DNA of 44,629 bases from a virus (lineage: Duplodnaviria > Caudoviricetes), in IMG/VR virus record IMGVR_UViG_3300020045_005117, positions 1-44,629 of that record; one strand, 5' to 3'. Each line of letters opens with the position of its first letter. Within the stretch, counting starts at the first letter, position 1. The notes under the pieces were generated by a model. The model made no database searches, was not told the DNA's origin, and was given only the letters and a program-made list of their open reading frames with translations. The translations under genes and the position numbers were made by a program. Positions 9,081 through 17,536 of the stretch are shown in pieces.

Positions 9081-10314
9081 TCCATTTTTAGAGGACGCAA
9101 GAGTATTCCCTTATTTAGGAATCTTGCAAGTAGCGACAGCATGGAGAAACAGGGGTCATGACGTAAGCGTGTTGGACTTAAATGGAAGGACTGATTGGGA
9201 AAAAGATATAGAAAATTTAGATGGTGATGTGTTTGGAATTACGAGTACTTCTGCTCAATTCAAGTATGCATATAAAATAAATCAGATTCTAAAAAGCAGA
9301 GGGAAATACACGTTTATTGGGGGAGCACACGCATCAGCAATATCCATGCTCAAGAAGAAAGGATTAAACGATATAAACACAAAAACACTTGAAGAGTTTG
9401 ACATGATTATATCGGGGGATGGTGAAGATGTAAACCTGGGAGATATGAAATGGGTGACAACTCCACTAGTCGACGTGAGAAAACAACCAATCCCTGATCG
9501 CTCATTTTTCGATATTAAGTCTTATCACTTTAAACTTGCAGGAAGAGACGCAACAACAATCATGACACAGAGAGGCTGTCCATACTCTTGTGAATTCTGC
9601 AGTGGAAGAGATATGGAGATGTACAAAAAGCCAAGACAACGTGATCCTAAAGAAGTATTAAAAGAAATGGACCAATTAAATAAAGAGTACGGATATACAG
9701 CTTTTATGTGGTTTGACGACGAGATAAATATCAATTCAAAGAGATTAACAGAATTATGTAATATGCTGCAAGACAGAGACTACAAACACAGAGGATTCGT
9801 CAGAAGTGATATCCTTGTTAAAAATCCAGATAGTCTGGAGAGTATGGTCAAAGCAGGATTTGTGGAATTATGCAGTGGAGTCGAGAGCGGTTCTGATAGA
9901 ATACTAAAATTAATTGGAAAAGGCACAACAACACAGCAATGCAAAGATGCGGCCAAATTAATCAAAGATGCAGGGATACGATATAAAGCATTTACAATAA
10001 TCGGACATCCATCTGAAACGTACGAAGATGCAATGATGACAAAGAAACTACTTCAAGAAATAAAACCTGATTCGTTTGACTCGACGGTAATGACACCTTA
10101 TCCAGGAAGCAGATTCTACGATAATGCAGTCGAAAGTACAAAATATCCAAACTTCGGATTCGAATATAAAGGACTATATTTTAACAGACCAGACTTCTCA
10201 GTTGATGCAGTTTTCTACAAAGGCAAAGGAGAACACCCAGTATATACGAGGACAGACAGACTAACATCGGAAGATATAAATAGTTTACGAAAGGAGATAT
10301 TATCATGCATATAG
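9052..10314 (+). CDS. Second cobalamin-binding radical SAM enzyme
   Basis: LINPP, PYLGIL, GGAHAS, TQRGCPYSCEFC, GVESGS, TPYPGS. Confidence 0.92.
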   Translation: MGFTLINPPSPFLEDARVFPYLGILQVATAWRNRGHDVSVLDLNGRTDWEKDIENLDGDVFGITSTSAQFKYAYKINQILKSRGKYTFIGGAHASAISMLKKKGLNDINTKTLEEFDMIISGDGEDVNLGDMKWVTTPLVDVRKQPIPDRSFFDIKSYHFKLAGRDATTIMTQRGCPYSCEFCSGRDMEMYKKPRQRDPKEVLKEMDQLNKEYGYTAFMWFDDEININSKRLTELCNMLQDRDYKHRGFVRSDILVKNPDSLESMVKAGFVELCSGVESGSDRILKLIGKGTTTQQCKDAAKLIKDAGIRYKAFTIIGHPSETYEDAMMTKKLLQEIKPDSFDSTVMTPYPGSRFYDNAVESTKYPNFGFEYKGLYFNRPDFSVDAVFYKGKGEHPVYTRTDRLTSEDINSLRKEILSCI

Positions 10315-11144
10315 ATATAATGGTGGTTTCAAAGGACAGACCAACCGAGATTGCTTTATTATTACAGAGTCTGAGAACACAGACACATACTGACTGGGAT
10401 TTATATATTATGGACGACAGAAGCGGAATGCCTCTAGTCCAACATCACTTCCTTAATTGTTTAATTAACAGAATAAAAATGGAAGGACATAGTGTTACTT
10501 ACTGGAGAAATGAAATAAGATACGGAGTAACAAAATTAAGACAAAAGGTAGTGGACAGAATCATAGAAGAAGGAAAAGGAGAAGCAATCCTAAGATTAGA
10601 CGACGACAACTTGCTTAATCCAGATTACATAGAAAAATTAGTTGATACCTTAAACGAGGGTTATGACATAGCAAGCGGAGTAGTACCTCATGCGCTTATT
10701 CCATTCATTCGAAGAAAGACAAAGTACGTTAAACCATTTATCGCAGATGTTGAACTAGACGAAACAGGCAATATAAAGAATTTTGGAGATGACTGTGGAA
10801 TAGAATATCTAGAAAAAGAAATAATCCCTAGTCCACACTTTAGAAGTATGGCTCTAATCAAAAAAGAAGTGCATAAAAAAGTAAGATATGAAGATACTCT
10901 TGGATTCTGCAGTTTTAGAGAAGAGGAATTCTTTAGTTTTAAAGCATTAGTTGAAGGGTTCAAGATAGGAGTAAATACTGGAGCAATCGCATATCACTTG
11001 AACACACCAAGTGGTGGAGAGAGAAATCAAGAATACATGACAGGATTGCAACTCAACCACAATAGATTAAATGATTTTACAAAAGGATTATTCAATACAT
11101 ATGGGGACTTTATCAAAAAGTACAAGGAGCAATTCGGTGTTTAA
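10305..11144 (+). CDS. Glycosyltransferase family 2
   Basis: SKDRP, MDDRS, RLDDDN (DxD), REEEFFS, AYHL..PSGG. Confidence 0.85.
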   Translation: MHIDIMVVSKDRPTEIALLLQSLRTQTHTDWDLYIMDDRSGMPLVQHHFLNCLINRIKMEGHSVTYWRNEIRYGVTKLRQKVVDRIIEEGKGEAILRLDDDNLLNPDYIEKLVDTLNEGYDIASGVVPHALIPFIRRKTKYVKPFIADVELDETGNIKNFGDDCGIEYLEKEIIPSPHFRSMALIKKEVHKKVRYEDTLGFCSFREEEFFSFKALVEGFKIGVNTGAIAYHLNTPSGGERNQEYMTGLQLNHNRLNDFTKGLFNTYGDFIKKYKEQFGV

Positions 11145-12231
11145 TATAATAGGGGATATATTCGGAAGTTCAGGATACGCAGTCCACACAAGAAATCTAG
11201 CAAATGCCCTAGCAAAGAAAGCAGAAGTAAGGCTTACAACACAACTTCCACCAAATTGGAACATGAATGTTAATGATAAAGAGTTAGAGATGATTAAGAA
11301 GTCTCCACAAAAAGACGAGATAAACATAATTATTACGAATCCGATTTACTGGAAACTTAATCTAGGGACTGGAAGAAACTGGGTATTTCTTATTTGGGAA
11401 GGAGATAAAGTCCCAGAAAGTATATTGAGAGATTGCATGGATCCTAGAATAGAAAAAATACTAGTAGCCAGTAATCATAGTAAACTAGCATTACTCAGAA
11501 CTGCGGCAGACTTATCGGAGAACTGGTCAAGTTTACCAATGGTAGTACTCCCGGATAAAATAAAGTTAGTGCCTCATGGAGTGGATTTGAGTTTATTTTA
11601 TCCAACAGAGAAACCCAAGAAATGCACATTCCTATGCAACAAGGGATTAAGAAACATAGAAGATCGTGGAGGAATACAGTATCTATTAAAAGCATTTGTA
11701 GAAGAGTTCACAGATGAAGATGTAGAATTAATCGTCAAACTAAATCCTGCCTATGGATTGGTAGACATTAATCAAATAATGAATCAAATGAATGTTCCAA
11801 TCAAAAAGCATCCCAAGATAACTGTGATAGACCAAGACATAAAGTACTCAGAAATGTTTAAAGTATACAACATGGCTAATGTGTTTGTAAGTCCTACCAG
11901 AGCAGAAGCATTCAACATACCATGTATTGAAGCAATGGCTTGTGGATTACCAGTAATCACAACAGACTTCGGAGGACAGACAGACTATGTAACTCTTAAG
12001 AATGGATGGAGAATGAGTGGAGAGTTGACAGAAGTCAAAGGAGATCTAATGTACGAAGAAGTTAAGTGGCTTACCCCAGACATAACCGAATTAAGACAGA
12101 TACTCAGACATGTGTTCGAGCGTCCCGAACTAATCATAGAGAAAGGTGTTCGCAGTTTGGAAACAGCCAAAGAGTATCAATGGGATAATTCAGCAAATAT
12201 TTTATTGGCCCTCGTAGCCCTGCAGAGCTAG
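11137..12231 (+). CDS. Glycosyltransferase family 4
   Basis: GSSGYAVH, PHGVD, RAEAFNIPCIEAMACGLPVITTDFGG; start moved to GTG 11137 after GGAG. Confidence 0.92.
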   Translation: MFNIIGDIFGSSGYAVHTRNLANALAKKAEVRLTTQLPPNWNMNVNDKELEMIKKSPQKDEINIIITNPIYWKLNLGTGRNWVFLIWEGDKVPESILRDCMDPRIEKILVASNHSKLALLRTAADLSENWSSLPMVVLPDKIKLVPHGVDLSLFYPTEKPKKCTFLCNKGLRNIEDRGGIQYLLKAFVEEFTDEDVELIVKLNPAYGLVDINQIMNQMNVPIKKHPKITVIDQDIKYSEMFKVYNMANVFVSPTRAEAFNIPCIEAMACGLPVITTDFGGQTDYVTLKNGWRMSGELTEVKGDLMYEEVKWLTPDITELRQILRHVFERPELIIEKGVRSLETAKEYQWDNSANILLALVALQS

Positions 12232-12243
12232 GAAGGCATAAAA

Positions 12244-12260
12244 TACCAGGATTCCTGGTA
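12244..12260. promoter_or_regulatory. 17-bp inverted repeat TACCAGGA-T-TCCTGGTA
   Basis: Perfect 8-bp arms in the intergenic gap after the glycan cluster; function unknown. Confidence 0.5.
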
Positions 12261-12325
12261 AAATCTGTTATAATACATACATAAACTAACTATATAAATG
12301 TTACCGTTGAGTAGTCACTTGAAAT

Positions 12326-12340
12326 AGAAAGGTTTAAATA
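12326..12340 (+). promoter_or_regulatory. Archaeal BRE-TATA promoter (AGAAAGG-TTTAAATA)
   Basis: TATA starts 29 nt before ATG 12362 and there is no SD, consistent with a leaderless mRNA. Confidence 0.75.
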
Positions 12341-12361
12341 GTTAAGTAATTAACTTAATTC

Positions 12362-12547
12362 ATGCAAAACAATGCAAAACCCTGGATCATAATAATTTCG
12401 ATAATAGCCTTCGCTTATTCTATATTTATAGGACTTAAACCAGTCGAGTACACAACACAGCAAACAGTCATTGCATTATGGCAGATAAAATGGATACTGA
12501 CAGCAATATTTCTAGAGGTGAATTATTACATATGGGTCAAAGGATAA
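12362..12547 (+). CDS. Small membrane protein (2 hydrophobic segments)
   Basis: WIIIISIIAFAYSIFIGL and a second hydrophobic stretch. Confidence 0.7.
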   Translation: MQNNAKPWIIIISIIAFAYSIFIGLKPVEYTTQQTVIALWQIKWILTAIFLEVNYYIWVKG

Positions 12548-12852
12548 ATCTTAATCAATTAAAAAAAAGACTTAGATACAGTAAAGTAGAAATTACTTTG
12601 CCAGAAATAAAGGAAATTATGGAAGAATTTGGTCATGTTGAACAGGGTAGAGAATTAATTATCACACATTCATTAGATTGTTATAAACAAATAGGCACAA
12701 CACTATTCTCTCTTAATGGAAGTCCTCCAAAATGTAGAGCATTATTGCTGCATGACGGATATGAAACTTCAGGATTTTTAATATTAATAGATGGAACCAA
12801 TATTTTAAAATTAAATGGAAAGATAGAAATAAAAGAGTTAGGAGAAAAGTAA
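12532..12852 (+). CDS. Hypothetical protein
   Basis: SD GAGGTGA before ATG 12532. Confidence 0.7.
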   Translation: MGQRINLNQLKKRLRYSKVEITLPEIKEIMEEFGHVEQGRELIITHSLDCYKQIGTTLFSLNGSPPKCRALLLHDGYETSGFLILIDGTNILKLNGKIEIKELGEK

Positions 12853-13206
12853 ATGACTGAAACAGGAATAATGATTAGAAATTCAGAAGGAAAGATTGAA
12901 GAGATACCTATGAGCACATATTTTATAAAAAATAAAAAATTTCTTAAATTAGATGAAGAGATACTAGGTTCGTTATTAAATCAGAATTATGATAGGTTGA
13001 ATGGATTTATATTGAATGAATTGGATAAGTGTATTACTGGATACACAGAAGATGGAAAAGAAAAGATTAAAACTATTGTTTGGAAATTGCAACAATATTT
13101 GAGTTTCTTTGAATCCTCAAGAGGACTGAATTATTTACAAAATTTAGAAGAGATAAGGCAAAAATATGATAAACATAAGGAGATATTAAATGGGCCAAAG
13201 AATTAA
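12853..13206 (+). CDS. Hypothetical protein
   Basis: 117-aa ORF with GGAG SD. Confidence 0.7.
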   Translation: MTETGIMIRNSEGKIEEIPMSTYFIKNKKFLKLDEEILGSLLNQNYDRLNGFILNELDKCITGYTEDGKEKIKTIVWKLQQYLSFFESSRGLNYLQNLEEIRQKYDKHKEILNGPKN

Positions 13207-13366
13207 TCCCCGAAACAAGATAGTACAAAGATCTATTGGATTCAACTTCAGACAAATAGAATTCTTTAATGAGCATCCTGATTTTAAGCCAGACATATTC
13301 TGCAGAGACGCAGTAGACGAACAAATTAAAATGCTAGATCCAAAATACTTAGAGGAAAAACAATGA
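13190..13366 (+). CDS. 58-aa protein, possible ribbon-helix-helix DNA binder (MGQRINPRNKIVQRSIGFNFRQIEFF...FCRDAVDEQI)
   Basis: Hand-translated; AGGAG SD; ATGA-coupled to 13363; strand-helix-helix pattern. Confidence 0.55.
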   Translation: MGQRINPRNKIVQRSIGFNFRQIEFFNEHPDFKPDIFCRDAVDEQIKMLDPKYLEEKQ

Positions 13367-13653
13367 GGTATATCATAGATACGATAGATACTGAAGGAGT
13401 GATAGGTGCAAGTATCGCAAGATGGGCTGAATCGAATAAGCTCACTTTGATAGAAAAGGGAGAGCCAACCATCGAATTAAAAGCACAACTCGAACGAATC
13501 GCCAGAGCACTAGATGTACTAAACAAAGCAGGATATGACAGCGAGATTATGGAAATATTCTTAATGAAGAAAACAAACCTAGGGGCCCAGAAGATAAGAG
13601 CAGTCCTAAACTCACAAAAGGAATTCTTTAAACAAATAGGAGTGAAAATATGA
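13363..13653 (+). CDS. Hypothetical protein
   Basis: 96-aa ORF, ATGA-coupled. Confidence 0.75.
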   Translation: MRYIIDTIDTEGVIGASIARWAESNKLTLIEKGEPTIELKAQLERIARALDVLNKAGYDSEIMEIFLMKKTNLGAQKIRAVLNSQKEFFKQIGVKI

Positions 13654-13955
13654 ACAGAAAACTAACCAAAGAAGAACTAGAAATCACCCAGAAAAATGTA
13701 GATAGACTTGAGAGTGAGAAATCTGATTTATTTGGAAACCTATGTTACAACAAAGCATTAATCTCAAAGCAGAAGTACCTAAGAGAATTTGACAACACAT
13801 GGAGAGAGTTCCTACAAGCCCAGAAAGACAAAGAAGATGAGAAAGTAATTAAGTTAATCGAGAGCGAAATCAAACTCAGAGAAGAGAATCTTGAAATCAC
13901 TAAAAAACAAATAAAAGAGGGAGTGCCTATTAAGAAAGCACCAATCGGAACATGA
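13650..13955 (+). CDS. Hypothetical coiled-coil protein
   Basis: E/K-rich 101-aa ORF with GGAGTGA SD. Confidence 0.75.
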   Translation: MNRKLTKEELEITQKNVDRLESEKSDLFGNLCYNKALISKQKYLREFDNTWREFLQAQKDKEDEKVIKLIESEIKLREENLEITKKQIKEGVPIKKAPIGT

Positions 13956-14113
13956 TTAATCTGAGAATGTATGGAGAAAAATGGCAGATAATTATAGGCG
14001 ATGAAATATGGGAATTTCCAACTAAAACAGAGTTTGATGCTAATTTAAAAGTTATCATAGATATTAAAGAAAAATATGGACAAAGGAGGTTAAATGACAA
14101 ACGAAATAATTAG
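13952..14113 (+). CDS. Small hypothetical protein (53 aa, MINLRMYGEKWQIIIG...)
   Basis: Hand-translated; fills the gap and is ATGA-coupled. Confidence 0.55.
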   Translation: MINLRMYGEKWQIIIGDEIWEFPTKTEFDANLKVIIDIKEKYGQRRLNDKRNN

Positions 14114-14567
14114 AGCACCAACCGATGAAGAGAGAAAAGACTTCACTCCACTAGTTGATCCTAAGAAGAGAAGTAAAACTGCTCAAGAGAAGTTCCAAGA
14201 AGATGTGGCTAATCATGCACATGAAGCAGCCAAGAAAGGATTGCCTTTTGCAGAGAGAGCTGTCAAAGATGAGTTCAATGATTACTACAAGACAGAATCA
14301 ACAAAAGTAGTAAGAAAGTTCGGATATGTGAAAGCAGATGAAATCAAACCACTCAAGATAGATTGGGACAGATACAGCGATTTGAAGAACTTCGAAGTAG
14401 TTGACCAGGGCGAGAAAGAAGATGAGCATCTCACCAGAAGAAATCCAGGATTACAAGTAATGATTAAATGGACTCAATACAGGTTCAAAGGATATGAAAA
14501 TATATATCAAATAAACGAATCAGCATCGAGTGCAATAAACAGAGCAAGAAAGAAGAACAAGGAGTAA
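14094..14567 (+). CDS. Hypothetical protein
   Basis: 157-aa ORF with GGAGGT SD. Confidence 0.8.
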   Translation: MTNEIIRAPTDEERKDFTPLVDPKKRSKTAQEKFQEDVANHAHEAAKKGLPFAERAVKDEFNDYYKTESTKVVRKFGYVKADEIKPLKIDWDRYSDLKNFEVVDQGEKEDEHLTRRNPGLQVMIKWTQYRFKGYENIYQINESASSAINRARKKNKE

Positions 14568-14568
14568 A

Positions 14569-15819
14569 ATGAATCTTCAAGTAGAATATATCCCTGTCAA
14601 TGAGATAATTCCATATAGCAAGAATCCTAGAAAAAACGATAAGAGCGTAGATGTAGTAGCCAAGTCTATCAAGGAATTCGGATTTAATGTTCCAGTATTA
14701 TTGGACAAAGAGAATGTAATCATTGCCGGACACACAAGAGTCAAAGCAGCCAAGAAACTAGGATTAAACGAAGTCCCAGTAATATGGCTAGAAAACCTAA
14801 CAGAAGAACAAGCAAAGGCATTCAGAATAATGGACAATAAGTCTATAGAGTATGCAAGTTGGGATTGGGAGTTATTGAAGGGAGAATTCCAAGAAATAAG
14901 TGATTTAAGTTTAACTGGATTTAGCGAAGCAGAGATAGAAAAAATACTAGATCCGTCTGAGAAGTTCAGTATAGGAAACAAAGAACCTAAGTACCAAATC
15001 AAGCTAGGAGACTTATATCAATTAGGAAATCACAAACTAATATGCGCAGACTCAACAAATCCAGAGACATACGAACGATTGCTCAAAAATGAGAAGGTAA
15101 AAATGATATTTACAGATCCACCATACGGAGTAAGCTATTCAGGTACAAACAATCCAAACGGCAGAGAATGGAAAGTAATAGATGGAGATGAGTTGAGAGG
15201 AGACGCACTTTATAATTTATTATACGGAGCCTTTAAAGCAAGCGAAAAACATATCGAAACAAAAGGAGCATTATACGTATTCCATGCAAGTTCAAACCAG
15301 ATACTATTCGAAAAAGCATTAAACGAAGCAGGATTCCAAGTAAAGCAACAACTAATCTGGAACAAACATCATATACTAGGTCATTCACACTATCACTGGT
15401 GTCATGAACCCATGTTTTATGCATGTAAACTAGATGAAAGCCCAGAGTACTACGGAACCAGAAGTGACAAAACAATTCTAAATACATTAAACATAGATAG
15501 TTTATCTGAGGAAGAGATGAGAAAGTTCCTTAAACAGATTAAAGAAGAATCAACAGTATGGGAATGCAAGAAAGACTCAACCAAAGAGTATATCCATCCA
15601 ACTCAAAAACCAGTAAAACTAATAGAAAAGGCAATAATCAACAGTTCAAGAATAGGAGAAATAGTACTTGATATGTTTGGAGGGTCAGGCAGTACCCTAA
15701 TTGCAGGCGAGAACAGAAATCGAAAAGTACGGTTAATTGAAATAGACCCAACATTTTGCAGTCACATAATCGAAAGATGGGAGACTTTAACAAATCAGAA
15801 AGCTGTTAAAATTGAATAA
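14569..15819 (+). CDS. ParB-like N-terminal domain fused to an N6A/N4C DNA methyltransferase (beta class)
   Basis: NPRKN...IIAGHTRVKAA; DPPY, HPTQKP, LDMFGGSGST. Confidence 0.93.
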   Translation: MNLQVEYIPVNEIIPYSKNPRKNDKSVDVVAKSIKEFGFNVPVLLDKENVIIAGHTRVKAAKKLGLNEVPVIWLENLTEEQAKAFRIMDNKSIEYASWDWELLKGEFQEISDLSLTGFSEAEIEKILDPSEKFSIGNKEPKYQIKLGDLYQLGNHKLICADSTNPETYERLLKNEKVKMIFTDPPYGVSYSGTNNPNGREWKVIDGDELRGDALYNLLYGAFKASEKHIETKGALYVFHASSNQILFEKALNEAGFQVKQQLIWNKHHILGHSHYHWCHEPMFYACKLDESPEYYGTRSDKTILNTLNIDSLSEEEMRKFLKQIKEESTVWECKKDSTKEYIHPTQKPVKLIEKAIINSSRIGEIVLDMFGGSGSTLIAGENRNRKVRLIEIDPTFCSHIIERWETLTNQKAVKIE

Positions 15820-16213
15820 TTTGACAAAAACAAAGCAAAAAGAAATGATGATTCAGGCAATGAAGGACCAACTAGGGATACTTACTCTAGCCATGAAGCA
15901 AGTGGGAATCAGTAGACAGACACATTATAACTGGATGAAGAGTGATGAAAAGTACGCACAAGCAATGTCTGAAGTACCTGAAATGGTAGTAGACTTCGCA
16001 GAAAACGCATTATTCAAGTTAATGCAAGATAAGAACCCTGCAGCAATCATATTCTTTCTAAAGACTAAGGCTAGGCATAGAGGATATATCGAAAGAACAG
16101 ATCATGACATAGCTCCACAAACACACACCCTGAAGATAATCAGTCCTAATGACAGTATTCAATTGGGCCCCAAGCCAGAAACAGCTCCAAGCGTACCAGA
16201 TACTAAGGGATGA
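15812..16213 (+). CDS. terS: Terminase small subunit (putative)
   Basis: HTH (GISRQTHYNW), AAIIFFLKTK..RGY; directly upstream of TerL. Confidence 0.75.
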   Translation: MNNLTKTKQKEMMIQAMKDQLGILTLAMKQVGISRQTHYNWMKSDEKYAQAMSEVPEMVVDFAENALFKLMQDKNPAAIIFFLKTKARHRGYIERTDHDIAPQTHTLKIISPNDSIQLGPKPETAPSVPDTKG

Positions 16214-17483
16214 TGAAACAACCGAGCTACTCTATGGTGGAGGAGCAGGCGGAGGTAAAAGTCATCTGGGATGCGTTTGGTTAATTATTATGTGTCTGAC
16301 TTATCCAGGAAGCAGATGGCTTATGGGAAGAGCAGTACTTAAAAGTCTAAAGGAATCTACACTACTTACGTTTTTCAGAGTATGTTCTGAGTGGGGTCTA
16401 AAACTTAACAAGGATTTTAAGTACAACGCAATAGATGGAACAATCAAATGGGCAAACGGCAGTGAAATATATCTTAAAGACTTGTTCGCTTATCCATCTG
16501 ATCCAGAGTTTGATGAATTAGGAAGTACGGAGTTTACTGGAGCGTTTCTGGATGAAGCAAGCCAAATCAGTCAAAAGGCTTACAACATCGTGATGTCAAG
16601 ACTTAGGTATAAGTTAGATGAGTTCAAAATTAAACCCAAGTTGCTCACAGCCACCAATCCAACAAAAACCTTTCTTTATTATGAGTTTTACATGCCTTGG
16701 AAAGAGGGAACGCTCAAACCTTACAGAAAGTTCGTGCCTGCTTTAGTCACAGACAATCCATATATCTCCAGACATTACATAGAAAACCTCGATAAGTTAG
16801 ATGAAGTGAGCAAGCAAAGACTCAAGTACGGTAATTGGGAATACGATGAGGATTTAAGCAGATTATTTGATTATGAGAAGATACTTAAGATGTTTAGAAT
16901 CACTCCAATGACCTTTAAACCTCTCAGATACATGACAGTAGATGTAGCAAGATACGGAGATGATAAGACTGTTATACTCGTTTGGTACGGATATTACGTT
17001 GAAAAAATATATGTTTACGGACACAATAGCACCAAGCAAACCAGACTAAATATTGAGGCAATCCAAAAGCAATTCAACATAGCCAAGATAAATGTGATTG
17101 TAGATGAAGATGGAGTGGGTGGAGGAGTAGTCGATGAAGGAGGTTTCAGAGGATTCGTCAACAACTCAAGCCCAATAGAAAAACAAGGCCAAAAAATCCA
17201 TAATTACCAGAATCTAAAGAGCCAGTGCTATTACTTACTTGCAGAGATGGTCAACACAGAAAAAATAGGAGTTTACCCAGACATCCCAATCGAACTCAAG
17301 AAATTAATTATAGAGGATCTAGAACAGATTAAACGCCACAATCCGGACAAAGACGGAAAGCTAGCCGTCACACCCAAAGAAGATATTAAGGAGATACTAG
17401 GAAGGAGTACGGACATAGGTGACGCACTCATGATGCGCATGTTCTTTGAACTCAAAAGACCATACATTCCACATATCGCATAA
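16149..17483 (+). CDS. terL: Terminase large subunit
   Basis: Walker A YGGGAGGGKS, Walker B FLDEA, TNP, nuclease VDVARYGDD and DIGDALMM. Confidence 0.96.
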   Translation: MTVFNWAPSQKQLQAYQILRDDETTELLYGGGAGGGKSHLGCVWLIIMCLTYPGSRWLMGRAVLKSLKESTLLTFFRVCSEWGLKLNKDFKYNAIDGTIKWANGSEIYLKDLFAYPSDPEFDELGSTEFTGAFLDEASQISQKAYNIVMSRLRYKLDEFKIKPKLLTATNPTKTFLYYEFYMPWKEGTLKPYRKFVPALVTDNPYISRHYIENLDKLDEVSKQRLKYGNWEYDEDLSRLFDYEKILKMFRITPMTFKPLRYMTVDVARYGDDKTVILVWYGYYVEKIYVYGHNSTKQTRLNIEAIQKQFNIAKINVIVDEDGVGGGVVDEGGFRGFVNNSSPIEKQGQKIHNYQNLKSQCYYLLAEMVNTEKIGVYPDIPIELKKLIIEDLEQIKRHNPDKDGKLAVTPKEDIKEILGRSTDIGDALMMRMFFELKRPYIPHIA

Positions 17484-17484
17484 A

Positions 17485-17515
17485 AGTATATACTGTTTTA
17501 ATCAACATTTAAATT
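17485..17515 (+). promoter_or_regulatory. Late promoter: palindrome AGTATATACT plus TATA-like ATTTAAATT
   Basis: Same element and spacing recur at 21149 and 27137. Confidence 0.7.
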
Positions 17516-17536
17516 AAATCAAACCGAACAAATCAG

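Noticed and set aside
406-12231. Glycan cluster as a DNA hypermodification system
   Set aside because: No hydroxymethylase, thymidylate synthase homologue, TET/JBP, nucleotide kinase, deazaguanine genes or viral polymerase is recognisable to provide a base handle. Disfavoured, not excluded.
14569-15819. ParB-methylase as a partition or restriction-modification system
   Set aside because: No ParA or cognate nuclease is present. This fusion upstream of terminase genes is common in tailed viruses.
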